Made by a program: the position numbers and the translations under genes
The notes under the pieces: generated by a model
What the model was told of the DNA's origin: nothing
The model's input: only the letters and a program-made list of their open reading frames with translations
Databases searched by the model: none
Assembly (NCBI GenBank): GCA_951406725.2
Contig: OX597828.1
Location: forward strand, 63,302,001 to 63,366,000
Direction: 5' to 3'
DNA length: 64,000 nt
Source of the DNA: Octopus vulgaris
Lineage: Eukaryota
Part shown: in pieces, positions 14,025 through 27,499 of the stretch
How the letters are laid out: every line of letters starts with the position of its first letter
How positions within the stretch are numbered: position 1 is the first letter of the stretch

Positions 14025-14287
14025 TTACAAAGTTGATCCCAGTCAGGATTTGAACGCAGAACGGAAAGAGTCAGAAAAATCACCCCTAAGCATTTTGTCC
14101 AATGCATTAAAAATTTTGCCAGCTCATCGTTTTAATAATAATAATAATAATCTTTTCTACACTAGGCGCAAGGCCCTAAATTTTTAAAGAGGGGACAGTC
14201 GATTAGATTGATCCCCTCCCCAGTACACAACTAGTACTCAATTTATCAACCCGAAAGGATGAAAGTCGACCTCGGCGGAATTTGAAC

Positions 14288-14288
<1 letters not shown>
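14025..14288 (-). mobile_element. Two partial family A SINEs
   Basis: Reverse-complement SINE head (14025-14130) and core/tail (14150-14288). Confidence 0.7.
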
Positions 14289-14321
<33 letters not shown>

Positions 14322-14327
14322 TAATAA

Positions 14328-15031
14328 TTCGTTCGTTTATTGGTCACAAGGGCTAACAAAAATCAATTAAAACATAAAGGGACAAAACACAAGACGACAG
14401 TTACAAAGGGTTTTGTCCGTTTGAAAAAGTCCGTGTACAAAAGTAGGATAACAACGAAATATAAGTAACAAATAGAACTCCCAATAGGGGGAGGCGCTTC
14501 GAAAGGTTACTCGTGGAAAAACCCATAAAAGCCACGGAAGCCTAGTCAAAAGTGGGGTAGAGAGCCCCTTTCTCCTTTTATATTTCCTTTTAATTCTCAC
14601 AGGTGTATCTTCAGAATTGGTCCGTTCATACTGGCCATTCTTGCGACATTCACCCACCATTCAATAAACTTGCTACCAGACATCACTTCCCTCTCTACTC
14701 TCATCTTCCTTTTCAAGTGAAACTTGAAAAAGTTGATGAGGCCTTGGCCAAAGAAGAAAGTGTCTGACCTTAGCCCTTTCAAACGGGTCCACCATATCAC
14801 CTCTTTCGCTACAGCCACTGGGCAAAGGAAAACTGCCTTGCCCTCCCGGTTAAAGGAGGTCGGCGGGAAAATCCTCACTATGGATTCAGCTGATAGCCGG
14901 ATCCGTCCAATACGCGACAGTAGCTGTTCGACATAAACCCATAATTCAGTAATACTCGGGCACTGGACGGGTGCGTGCAGAACGGTTTCGCCGTCCTGGG
15001 CGCACCTCGGGCTGGCCCGTCTGACGGCACC
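14328..15031 (-). mobile_element. 5'-truncated Tx1-like LINE, second subfamily
   Basis: RASPRCAQDGETVLHAPVQCPSITELWVYVEQLLSRIG...KEVIWWTRLKGL, homologous to 45855-46861; 3' end aataaacgaac abuts (ATT)n. Confidence 0.88.
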
Positions 15032-15560
15032 AGTACCAGGCAGTGACTCTCATGGCTTCTGATCTTAACTGACTGGAAGTGCTATCATGTACATTGTTTT
15101 GTCTTGGTATAAAAGATGGGCTACAGCAAATATTCTGCTCATTACCACAGGTTTGCTTGTCAGTTGCTTGACCTTAACCAGTTGAGCATGTCCCTTGGTA
15201 GCTGACATATGTGCATCTCTGATCACAAGAAGAAGTAGTGGATGAGTATCATAGCCATGTGTTGGGGTTTGGATAATTCACCCCTGGAAACATGAGTGTT
15301 TCGTTCAACATCCTTAAACAACCCTTATTCAGGGACCTTTTGAGCAGGATGGGCTACTCGACCAGAAGAAAATTCTAACTGGGCCCCACCTGCAAGGTCA
15401 TGCGCTGTTTATCTTGATATGAGATCACCATGTCGCGCACATATGGCTGTGATGCATGTGTCTGGTGTACCCTTATCAAACGGGTAGTCATGATGGGTAT
15501 ACTGGGTTTCGTATGTTTTACCCCAGTGTCACTTCGATGGCATGCACTGCTCTCTCACTC
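15032..15560 (-). mobile_element. ~540-bp interspersed repeat, copy 2 (orientation relative to copy 1)
   Basis: Reverse complement of 2325-2855. Confidence 0.85.
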
Positions 15561-15577
15561 AATAGTAGTAATTATTA

Positions 15578-15792
15578 TTTCTACTCTAGGCACAAGGCCT
15601 TGAAAATTTTGGTGGGAGGGGGGCTAGTCGTTTACAGCGACTCCAGTGCATAGCTGGTATTTATTTTATCGACCCCGAAAGGATGAGAGGCAAATTCGAT
15701 CTCAGCGGAATTTGAACTCAGAACGTAAAGACGGACGAAATACTGCTAAGTATTTTGCCCAGCATGTTAACGATTCTGCCGGCTCGCCGCCT
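15578..15792 (-). mobile_element. Full-length family A SINE
   Basis: Reverse complement of the head-core-tail seen at 3356 and 6711. Confidence 0.88.
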
Positions 15793-15795
15793 TAA

Positions 15796-15827
<32 letters not shown>

Positions 15828-16139
15828 ATAATAGAGCAATTATTTAATATAAATTCTGAAAATAGAGATAAACCGAATTTCGGTTTTGAAAGCAGAAATA
15901 GTCCTAAGAAAATAGGGAAAGAAAAAAAACCTGCAGACAAATACATAACCAAAAGTCCGGGAATTACGAATGCGTATATTACAGAAAAAAATAGCACTGC
16001 ATGGAAGCGCATAGGTATCTATGTAGGGTACTTTCAATTTAGTAGGAATAAGAAAAACTAAAACAAAACAAAGCACATACCCGAGGTACCCAGGACTGTA
16101 GGAAATAAAAATAAGAAAAATGAATTATAAGAATCATTC

Positions 16140-16390
16140 TTTGCCGTACGTGATGTTTCCGGGGTCTTAGGGAATTTTAACATCAGACCCCTTTATCCCA
16201 GTTCACTTGGTCAAGTCCCAGATTGCCTCCCAGTGGAAGCAAAGCACTGGTCAGCCTTTTCTATCCAAAACCCACCGAATGGCCTTTCTCTGCAGCTACA
16301 CTGACGGAACTTAGGATCCTCGCCACTTCTTTGCTGCAAATCTTCTTTGCTCCAAATCTAGGCAGAGCCTTGCACATTGCACGCCCCTAC
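16140..16390 (-). mobile_element. Probable HERO-clade RLE retrotransposon 3' end relic
   Basis: GRAMCKAL...ARILSSVSVAAEKG C-terminal pattern, then gggtctgatgtt...agaccccggaaaca resembling HERO 3' UTRs (from recall). Confidence 0.45.
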
Positions 16391-17085
16391 ACACACAAAG
16401 AAACACACACACTCCTCTTACCTTGGAGATTTGAAAATCACGTAACATAAGAAGGGAGATAATTCAGATTTTTTTTACTCTTTTTCAAAGTTTTTCTTTT
16501 ATTTTGCTGTTTTTAAGCTTTTTTTTGGTTGGTGGTGGTGGTGGTTGGGGGTGTGCTAATAAATTTCATGCATATTTTTAAGATAAACTTTTGTTTAATC
16601 AGTGTATTTCAGATATCTTGTTTATTTGTTTTTATTTATTAGATTTTTATTATCTAAGTTTTTTTCAAAATTTGTTTTTATATATTTTTCTATTTTTCGG
16701 ATTTACGCGTGTTTTTTTTTCTTAAAATATTTATGTTTTTAATGATTCCTTAATTCAGACAGGTGCAAATTAAAAGTTCCCCTCACAACCAATGTCGAAA
16801 TAAGAGCAGAACCTCTTTCTCTCTCTCTTTTTCTTCATCCTTATCCCTTTCGTTTCCAATTTCTTTAACATATATTTTGTTTTTCCGGAATTCATTCACA
16901 AATTTAACCGCACAACTACAAGATTCAAATATTCCTGAGGTGGAGGTGGAGAGCGAGGAAACGTAAAAAGAAAAGAAAGCAACAAGCAGACTTCGCCATA
17001 ACTATACTTCTCTGAGCCATTCACATCGTAGATATTGACACATATAGCCTCGCTCTGTGTGTGTGTGTGTATACATATATCTTTG

Positions 17086-17117
<32 letters not shown>

Positions 17118-17449
17118 CATATATATATGTGTGTGTGTGTGTGTGTTTATATATGTGTGTGTGTATATATATGTATATTTATATATATGTATATATATAT
17201 ATATATGTATGTCTGTATATATATATATTAATACATGTATACACCCACACACACAGTTCAACACTCATATACATACATATATTGTCGAAATGATCACAAA
17301 ATGAGTTATTAATATTGCAAATATTTTGTGACGTATGTTTCGATAATTAAGAATCAACCAATTGTAGATCATCTCCTCAGATGGAATATATTGATATTTC
17401 CCATCTTACGATATGATCTTTAAGCGTTTTATTATTAAAACATACATAA

Positions 17450-17658
17450 TGGTTTCAAATTTTGGCACAAGGCCAGCAATTCTAGGGAAGGGGTTTAAGT
17501 AGATTACATCGACCCAAGCACTCAGCTGGTACTTATTTTATCGACCCCGAAACGATGAAAGGCAAAGTCGACCTAGACGGCATTTGAACTCAGAATGTAA
17601 AGACGGACTGCACGCAGTTAAGCATTTTGTCCGGCGTGCTAACGATTCCGCCAGCTCG
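17450..17658 (-). mobile_element. Family A SINE
   Basis: Reverse-complement full body. Confidence 0.85.
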
Positions 17659-17883
17659 TTATAATGACGTATATGAAGTATAATAACATATATTCTGTTC
17701 ATTTCAATTATATGTGGCTCTTCTTGCTATAACCCGAGTCCGGATTACTGTCGCTTTATAGGACTGCATTGTGTGAAAATGGGAACTTCATGGAGAGAAC
17801 CCTAATTTGTATGTTAACTTATGCCTTTTCACGCATCAATAAATTCACATAAGCATAATATATTATGTTAGGTAATATAATGT

Positions 17884-17914
<31 letters not shown>

Positions 17915-17929
17915 ATGTGTGCATGTGAG

Positions 17930-18010
<81 letters not shown>

Positions 18011-18011
<1 letters not shown>

Positions 18012-19210
18012 TAGCACTGTCCTTAGGGCGGTGTAATTATTATAATGGTGCACTCTCTTGTAGATGGTTTAAGTTGAATTAGCCCGCAGTTAGAAGTCCT
18101 TTCAATTGATAAGCGTAAAATGTATAATTACCATTTTCGTTAGCAGTTTTTGATACCGTATTAAGCAACTTAGGTAATGAATAAATTTTTTTGAATACAA
18201 ATTTGGCAGTTAGTAATAAAGGGCAACCGACTTTTAAGTGAAGTTCCTGGAGGATCTTGGGAGTTGAGAAATTGTGTTGGAATGTGTGTAACCTGATCGA
18301 GGTCACTAACGGTGTCAACTGATCTGTAACAACGTTCTTGAAAAAGTAGCTGACTCAGTAAGTCGTAGTTAAGGGTGTTGACTGCTGCATTTGTAGGTGC
18401 AGGAACAACCAGGGCGAAGCCAATCTGGTTTTATGTATTCCGTTGTGAGATTTGGGTAAACGGCAGAACATAGGTCATCAGGACTGGATTCAGTGTGGCC
18501 AATGGTGGTAGTGTCAATGTGTCCGTTGTCGTCGGACGTAATTTGTCTATTGCCGATTTTGAAGAACATTTACGAAAACTGGATTGTAGATTGACCAGTC
18601 TGTAGGAGTGATCCCATGTTGATGGTGAGTTGTTTCGATGGACATGCGACCAAAGGAGGGATTTTTTAAAGGCAAGCATTATGTTCATCAGCAGGTATTC
18701 CTTTGGGTATAATAGGCAGAGTTTGTCGAAAATCTCCTGCAAGAAGTAGAGTCACACCTCCAAGGATGTTGTTTTTGATCTAAGATCTCTCATTGTGGTA
18801 TGAAGTGCTTGTAGGGAACATTTATGGGACATAATTACTTCATCCCAAACAATGAGTTTGCACTTTTTCAAAATTGTTGCTTCGTCCGAGGAATGCATTA
18901 TGTGGCATGTTGGGTTTTCATGATGTTCAACATTGAAAGACAATTTGAAGGTAGAGTGCGCTGTTTGCCCGCCGTCGAGAAGAGTCGAGGCTATTTCTGA
19001 GGAAGCAACTTCGCAAGGAGAAGATTCAGAAGGAAAGTTTTTTCTAGTTCCAACGGGTGCGTCTAAGAAAATGATTCCGCCAGTGTGTGTGTGTAGATGT
19101 TTCCGAGGAGGAAATTGTCAGCTTGAATGGAATTGAGAAGGGGCTCGTCGTCTGCGACGTACTGTTTGAGTTTGTGGATGTTGTAGGATGTTTCTCTGAG
19201 AATGAGGCGA
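18011..19210 (-). mobile_element. Helitron relic: PIF1 helicase fragments and CTAG 3' terminus
   Basis: GGIIFLDAPVGTRK (Walker A), ASSEIASTLLDGGQTAHSTFKL, KLIVWDE, GGVTLLLAGDFRQTLPIIPKG, ELHLKVGCPLLL; minus strand ends ...gtgCTAG|t at 18011. Confidence 0.9.
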
Positions 19211-19270
19211 CACACACACACACATTTTCTGTCTTATATATATATATATATCAATAATAACATGGAATTG

Positions 19271-19352
19271 CCATGCTGATGAAGAAAATGGTTAGTAAAG
19301 TATAATTTTATATTCTTTATGCAAAACCTAATTCCGAAACGCGCGTCCATGG
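19271..19352 (+). ncRNA. Type I hammerhead ribozyme (Penelope-type)
   Basis: ccatg-CTGATGA-[53 nt]-GAAAC-gcgc-GTC-catgg; stem I ccatg/catgg, palindromic stem III acgcgcgt; stem II closing pair imperfect. Confidence 0.75.
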
Positions 19353-19529
19353 ATGACCAGATATTGATTGATTTTCGTTGCTTTACTCTCTGCAGTGTGA
19401 ATTATCTTCAAGTATTTTGGTTTCTCTAGGAGTCCCTTTTTAAAGTAGAAGAAATAGCTAAGATTTTTGGCTGCTATTTCTAAACTTCGGTGTGTGGTGA
19501 AGCAAATCTTTGCTGAACCCGTTTATTAA

Positions 19530-19625
<96 letters not shown>

Positions 19626-19995
19626 CATATATAAAGCTGTTAGTACCGTCCGATTGACTGATACTGTTCAGGTTTCGAAACTAAAATGATATCCAATCGG
19701 TAGCTGAAGATGGGATGTACACGCTTGATGACTGTGTATCTGTGTTGTTGGCAGTCAACCTGCTGTGTCTTGTATTTTCAGGATTCTAAGTTGTCCTTCA
19801 TGGAAATTGTAGTTCTTGTGGATTTAGACTTATTTAAGGGGTCCTCACTTTCTTGGTTTCTGGTTTGTTGTATATATTCCAACACCCATTGGTATTGCGT
19901 GACCGTTCTTCATCGGGATTCTAAATCTGATAAGGATTATACTTGCCTACGGTTTTGTAATTTATAGAGATTTGTTCACACACACACACACACAC

Positions 19996-20086
<91 letters not shown>

Positions 20087-20301
20087 TGTGTGTGTGTGTG
20101 TTTATGCATGTACGCACATACCCATCAACAAGGTTTGTCAATCAATAAGTGGCCGCCAGATGGTAAGTAAAAGAAACAAAAAAATCGCTTGATAAGATCT
20201 AAGTACTTGAGTCGATGTTGTGTTAGTTGGCGCCAACTTCATGGTTTTGGTTGAGTATGTGCGTGCACACACACACAAATACACACATGCATACATACAC
20301 A

Positions 20302-20338
<37 letters not shown>

Positions 20339-20518
20339 GCATACAATCTGTAATCATACATAATATATATATATAAATATGTACATGAATATAAATCGTG
20401 AATAATTATGTACATACATACACATATAATACATATATATGTGAGTGTGTGTATAAGTATATACATATATATATTTATATATACGTACTTATATATGTAT
20501 ATATACACATGAGCGCGA

Positions 20519-20552
<34 letters not shown>

Positions 20553-20806
20553 AAATATATATGTATGTCTAAATTTCACTAAAGCAAGAATCTTTCGCCA
20601 GAAATCTCTTGATTTCAATCGAGACTATTAATAATTTCAGATAAGGAAATTAAATCGTGGGAATTATTTGCAGTGAACATCCTCCATTATATTTATGCTT
20701 ACACAAAAGGCTACGATTGTTGATGGTTTATTCCACTTTATTTCCCCTCTCTCTTTCTCTCTTTACTTATCTGTATACCTATCTAGCTAAAGGTGTATAT
20801 GTATAA

Positions 20807-20886
<80 letters not shown>

Positions 20887-21107
20887 TATATCAGTATATA
20901 TTCTCGTTTATAGGTATATCATTTATATGTTTTATACTTATGTATTTATCTACCAATCTACATATTTACACATGTATGTATATACATATATATGTATGTA
21001 ACATATATATGGATCTTTGTATATTTACATACTCCCTCTCACACGTACATATGTAAATATACTATAATTTCATGAGTAACATAATACGCATTATTGACAG
21101 CAGGTGG

Positions 21108-21190
<83 letters not shown>

Positions 21191-21434
21191 ATTTTATATA
21201 TATATATGTAGCTATTTGGATTTAGGGTATATGTCTATTAGTATGCCGATTAAAGCACTTTCGCCGTTTGGGCTACCTGATGTCATCCACAGTTACGATA
21301 TAACTTTCACTGGGTCTACGTTAGGAAATCGACAATGTTTGTTGAGGTTAGCCACATACAACGAGCGAGAAGATGCCAAAAAGGACTCAATATTTCTAGA
21401 GGGATATATTTTTTTACACCAAGCACCTGAAGTG

Positions 21435-21528
21435 TCAGCATGCACTGATTGATGGAACAGAATTAAATGCACCATGTCCCTCCCCCAAGGGACAGCTGCA
21501 GGCTGGGACGAAACGATCGTCATGCTGA
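21435..21528 (+). ncRNA. Degenerate hammerhead-like motif
   Basis: tcagcat..ctgattga...gggac-GAAAC-gatc-GTC-atgctga; palindromic stem III and tcagcat/atgctga complementarity, but 5' core spacing is non-canonical. Confidence 0.4.
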
Positions 21529-21754
21529 ATGAAGATTCGTACTAAATTCATCTTCCGTTTCCCCCATCAATAAGTGCATTGACTAAAGTAAATAATCTAT
21601 TATTGGGGATAAGCCCTCGACGGAAAAGTAGTAGGGTATGCCGTACGTATTGGACTCGAACCCACACCTGTTCAATTTGACAATTCAGCAATGTAACTAA
21701 ACGTGGTCCGTTGGCGATTTCTTCTTCTCCTTCTTTGGACTTTTCCCTTTCTCC

Positions 21755-21787
21755 TTTCCGACGAAGAGCTATGCTCGAAACGTTAAA
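21755..21787 (+). ncRNA. Minimal hammerhead-like motif (U4C variant)
   Basis: ttt-CCGACGA-a-gagc-tat-gctc-GAAAC-GTT-aaa; acgt palindromic stem III. Confidence 0.5.
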
Positions 21788-21869
21788 TCTCTCCTTTCAC
21801 CGAGCGTCAAGCTAATACACTTCTTGTGAACGTCCTCACGTTCGTTGTTTTTCTTAATTCTCTCCGCAC

Positions 21870-21940
<71 letters not shown>

Positions 21941-22053
21941 TAGAATTTATAAAAAACAAAAAAAAAACAAAAAACAAAACAAAACAAAAGACAAAGACGG
22001 GTGTGTAAACAACAAACAAATGTATTAGTTTAACGTTCGGGAAGTGAGAAAGT

Positions 22054-22090
22054 CTTTTACGTTTCGAGCCTACGCTCTTGGACAGAAAAG
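22054..22090 (-). ncRNA. Minimal hammerhead-like motif, mutated core
   Basis: ctttt-CTGTCCA-a-gagc-gtag-gctc-GAAAC-GTA-aaag; related to the 21755 copy, inverted. Confidence 0.4.
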
Positions 22091-22187
22091 AACACAGAAA
22101 TAAGCAGAGAAAATAGAAAAAAAGGCTTAGTGGCTAGCGATCAATCATGGCGAATAGATAGATAGATAGATAGATAGAATGAGAGAC

Positions 22188-22246
<59 letters not shown>

Positions 22247-22798
22247 TGGATATAGTATAAAGTGTCTAATAATAACGTAACAATTTAATTAGAACTTTGT
22301 ATGATTAATTACAATATAAAGTGATGCAAGTAGGAGAGCAGTTCATGTTACTCCATTCTTATCTTCATTGGATACAATTTAGCAATAAAACAAACGATTA
22401 GTCAATACCCACTTGTAAAAGCTAATATATATATATGTGTGTGTGTGAATATAAGTAGATGTATATATGAATGTGTATGCGTTTATTATAAAAGTAGTTG
22501 ATATTTTACTTAGTTTCGGCACGATCCGGGATGTGTACCCCCCGTGGAGGAGGAAATTGTGCGTCATTCATATAAGAGTGTGTTGATGTCGCGAGGCTGT
22601 GTTTGTGATTAGATTGATAAATGTCTTTGAAAACTAATTCAAAATTGTTATAAAAAGTTATAGATATGGTGTGTGTAAATGCGAGTATTTATGTGACAAT
22701 TCTTAATTCTATTCATGTTTGTAATCAGTTTAAATTGAAGCTATTAGAAGGATAAGTTATGGGGAAGAGTGATGGACTGTTTTAAACGACAGGTCATA

Positions 22799-23310
22799 CC
22801 GTAAATCCTCGAGTATATTCCGCATTTTCCCCCCAAAATTTAAAGGTCAAAATCCCTAGTGCATACTATATACGAGGTTGAAAGTGAAAAATATTTTCTA
22901 AGCAATGTCCGAGTTTCTATTTGCTGTCCGGCAAATGTTTATTCAGACGCATTTTGTGATGTTGGGTGCGAAAATACCTTAAGCTAAGCCTGAAAGCAAT
23001 GAAGTCATAAAAGGTCATTCATAACATGCAGTAAGCAATATTTATTAAACGTTATTACTGTTATTTCTTTATTTTATGCAAGCTAAATGCACAAAAAAGC
23101 TACACGTTTGCATTATGTTATATATACAATAATAATAAAGGACGTTACCGTATACAGTTTTATAAACGAAGGACGTTATATAGACCTCCTTGACTCAAGT
23201 TAGAGAAGGGGTGCGTATTGTACACAAGGTTTAGGTTTTTCAGAGGTACAGCCCCCTAAAAATCCCCTGCGTATTATACTCATGGGCGGACTATATTCGA
23301 GGATTTACGG
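22799..23310. mobile_element. 512-bp MITE (Tc2/pogo-type TIRs), TA target site duplication
   Basis: TA|ccgtaaatcctcgagtatattccgc ... gcggactatattcgaggatttacgg|TA. Confidence 0.92.
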
Positions 23311-23700
23311 TATACATATATAAGTGCAGGAGTATACATTGGCGCAGACATGGCTAACATTGCAAATGTCTCTGTATGCATATTCATATCTTGTGTGCAT
23401 ATTCATATCTGCATGTATGTGTTTCTGTTTACATGTATAGATATAGACATATAGATAGACAAAGGGAAAGCCTACAGTCATGTGTGTGTGTGTGTGTATA
23501 CGTGAATTTAAAAACTTCTTATTTGAAGTCTTCTTTTAAGGAAGTAGCTGGTTTCTAACGAAGATACAAAGCTTCATATTTTGGTCTGTACCGTTTACAG
23601 ATCGATTTTGTAATATACACGTAGCTGGTTGTTCATATGCCTGTATGTATATATGCATGTATGTATGTATGCACTTTACGTACGTACATATGTATGTATG

Positions 23701-23734
<34 letters not shown>

Positions 23735-23877
23735 TGTATGTATGTATGTATGTATGTATGTATGTATGTATGTATGTATGCATGTGTGTGTGTATGTATG
23801 TATGTTTGTATGTACTTACGTACGTACATATGTATGTATTTACGTACGTACATATGTATGCATGTATGTATGTATGT

Positions 23878-24582
23878 CATTATTCAGTTTATTTCAGGAT
23901 TTATTGCCAATAAAGAAAGAACCAGTTTCTAACTTAGGTCATTGGAATTTCAACATCAACAACAGGATATTTTTGTTTGTTTGTTTGTATGTATGTATGT
24001 ATGTATGTATGTATGTATGTATGTATGTATGTATGTATGTATGTATGTATGTATGAATGTATGAATGTATGTATGCATGCATGTATGTGTATGTGCAGGT
24101 TTGTATGTTTTGTTTTATGTATGTATTCTCATGCATATAGTTACATATCTAGACATGTTCATATATACTTAAAATGATAAACTTCTGGAATGTTTTACAG
24201 ATTTTTACAGTTCCAGTGATGGACTGGATCTGTAGTCTTCGAATTAGCTTTCTCCTTTCTGGTTTTGAGAAGCCTAATTTCTCAAGATTGGCATTTAGGT
24301 AGTGTGTCCCAATAATCACAGGTATAGACCTGAACTTGTAATCTGGATAGAGTAATTCCAGATTTCTCAATCGTTCAGTATAGGTGTTCTGTTTTTCACT
24401 GATCTTCAGCTTTATATTAACATCTGCTGGGCAATTAATTTACACGACTGTACACAGTTTCTCTTCTCTATCCCAAATCAGGTCTGTTGTGCTAACATTT
24501 TATTGAGGTCTTCAATGGTACATTCCACCAATATTCCTTTTTATTATGAGTGGCTATGGCTTCTACCATATTGTGGGTTCAT
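23878..24582 (-). mobile_element. 3' end of an RLE-type non-LTR retrotransposon within (CATA)n
   Basis: HNRPD.WDREEKLCTVV*INCPADVNIKLKISEKQNTYTERLRNLELLYPDYKFRSIPVIIG (PD..D/ExK endonuclease); probable 3' UTR segment at 23878-23985, weakly similar to 9140-9235. Confidence 0.82.
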
Positions 24583-25066
24583 GTATGTATGTATGTATGT
24601 ATGTATGTATGTATGTATGTATGTATGTATGTATGTATGTATGTATGTATGTATTGTATGTATGTATGTATGTATGTATGTATGTATGTATGTATGTATG
24701 TATATATGTATGGTATGTATGTATGTGTGTGTGTATGTATGTGATGGGTGTGTGTATATATGTATAGATGTATGTATAAATGTATGTATGTATATATATA
24801 TATATATAATTAATTAATAAGGGTGAGAGAATTAGATCTTAATATTCAATAGCTTATATTTATTCAACACCCGTTACCTATGGTGCGATATGAACATTTA
24901 ACGTGGTTTTATAGTCAGAGTTTCGACTGCTATTTCGGCATGTTGGTGTCTTTTAGACACCGTCATTTTTAATTGTTAAAATTTTTTTACCTTTGTAAGG
25001 TATTTCTTTCATGCTGGCCACTTGATAATTTCGACACTTAAATATCGATATTATCCTCATATATAA

Positions 25067-25120
<54 letters not shown>

Positions 25121-25544
25121 CTCACACATATGTATATATGTATGTATGTGTGTGTGTGCACGTACGAACGTATGTATGTGTGTACGTACGTATGTATGTA
25201 GCAACAATCATTTTAAGCCACTAACCAAAGTTTCACCTCGGCTATCAAGATAGGTCTTGCTCCACAATCCTCAGCGTTTTCTTTAGCGCGATCTTTATAA
25301 TCGCCTCACAGTGAGCGAGAGCACCATATTTACCACGCAGACAGTCACGTTCTCACTCAATCATTTACAAATACAATATCTTCAACAAGAATAAGTAGAA
25401 ATGGAAGAGGGACAGACTGCTTGGTACCCAGTTCAAACTCCTTGATTATCTCACGAGCTGTGGCGATAAGATATTCTTTTGTAAATGTCACCAAAGAGTA
25501 AACAAAACGGAAACACTGGTGAGTGGCCTCTAAGAGTAACTTAT

Positions 25545-26297
25545 ACATACATGCACACGCACACACACACATACGCACACACACACACACTCACGCACAC
25601 ACACACACAGGCACACACACACACAGACGTACACACACAGACGTACACACACACGTGCGCGCATACCCGTATACACACACACACGTGCGCGCACACCCCC
25701 ACACCCACGCGTACGCATACAAACGCACGTACACACACAATGCACTCACACACGCACACACACATGCACACACACACATAGACATACATACACACAGACG
25801 TACATACACACACGCGTACACACATATATAGACGTATACATACACGTACCCCCCTCCCCCACACACACACGCACGAACACACACGCACACACGCGTACGC
25901 TCACACACGCACATACACACAAAGCACTCACACACGCACACACACATGCACTCACATATAGACATACATACACACAGACGTACATACACATACGCGTACA
26001 CACATATATAGACGTATACACGCACGTACCCACCCCACACGCACGTACACACACGCACACACGCGTACGCACACACACGCGCGTATACATACATGCACAC
26101 ACACACGAAGACACACACACGCGTAAACACACACACGCGCACATATACATTCACACACACATACACACGCACGTACACACACGTACACACACACGTACAC
26201 ACATACACATACACACACATACACATGCACACACACACATGAGCACACACATGCGTAAACACACACACACGTACACACACACACACACACACACACA
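25545..26297. repeat. Complex CA/CG-rich repeat with a ~180-bp internal duplication
   Basis: 25741-25920 is repeated at 25921-26100. Confidence 0.8.
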
Positions 26298-26768
26298 TTT
26301 GCCGGTGCAGAAAGGAGAGTCATTGGTTGAATCCTATCAATCGTTGTTAATCTTTTGTCCCTGATCAACTCTGTTCAATAAAAAGCCTTCCAGCCGCGAA
26401 CATCCCATCTTGTTAGTAGCCCCATATTAACTTATGTGTCCTCTTATTTTAAGATAATGACGGTGTGATTTGAGGGAGATTTAGCTGCTGTTTTTAGTAT
26501 AGCAGATGAAGCGATTATACAAAGGTAAGGTGTTAGGCTCACTTCTGTTGCTGAGTGTGGTTAGCTGATTGAAACGACCTCAGTGTATAACTGGTACTCA
26601 GTCTATTACTCATCAGAGAGATGATCCCGTTAAGATGGGAATCTAGAGCGTGTAATGACATCATTGAACTCTGCATTTTGTCTCGTAATCTTTAATCTTT
26701 AATCTTTAATCGTCTCTCAATCGTTATTTTTTATAATTTGAATATTGATTGAAAGAAAGAACTACCAT

Positions 26769-26818
26769 AATGTTCTCGTGCCATGCGAGCAGCCCGGGTT
26801 CGATTCCCAGTCGATGCA
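26769..26818 (+). pseudogene. Degenerate tRNA-Gly(GCC) fragment (3' two-thirds)
   Basis: aatgttctcgtgccatgcgagcagcccgggttcgattcccagtcgatgca parallels metazoan tRNA-Gly GCC; 5' acceptor and D arm missing. Confidence 0.7.
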
Positions 26819-27499
26819 CATGCTTTCTTTTGTCTTCGTGTCTTAGCAGTTTGGCAAAAGAGACCGATAGAAAAATAGCCGATTTTGAAGGTGGCGATGC
26901 AACATCGTCACAGTCCATAGACTGGAGGAAGCGGTCAAAGATAATTTCTAACATTTTGTGAGGAAGGTGTGTGTATGGAGTGGGGGTGGGGAAGTTGATA
27001 AAGTCGATCTCCAGAACATAACTGTTGTTCTTGTTGTTGTTGAGTCCCATGTCAAATCGGACAGTTTTATAATCAAAACTGTTTCAACCAGGTTTTGAAC
27101 TTCCGACGGCGTCAGATATAATTTGAGGCAACGAAGTGGCAGAGTTGTTACAGCGTCGGATAGAAGAAGGCCTTGTATTATTTGTTATGACTCTATATAC
27201 TCTGAGTTCAAATCTCATCGTGGTCAAAATTCACTTTTATCTTTCTGAGGTCAATAAATATATCAATCAAGTATTATTCTTACCTATTTGTCCTTCATTG
27301 GATCTGTTTTTCAGAATCATTTTTGTCTTTCATCGTAAATTGAGTTGGAAATGAGCAGTATTTAGGTGCATTTTCTAGCATGTCGTGCGACCACATACAG
27401 ACTTCCTGTGTGAATAAATTGAACCGGAAGTTGTTGGCGGGAGTTATTCTCTTAGATGATGGAAATCTAGAACAGACGATTTTATTTTAGATAAGCCTC

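Noticed and set aside
16140-16200. Hammerhead-like ctgatg...gaaac in the HERO-like 3' UTR
   Set aside because: Core is CTGATGT and stems I and III do not close properly
19640-19975. CTGAAGA-containing island as another hammerhead
   Set aside because: No matching GAAAC...GUH with complementary stems found downstream
26769-26818. Functional tRNA-Gly gene
   Set aside because: Acceptor 5' strand and D arm absent; stem mismatches
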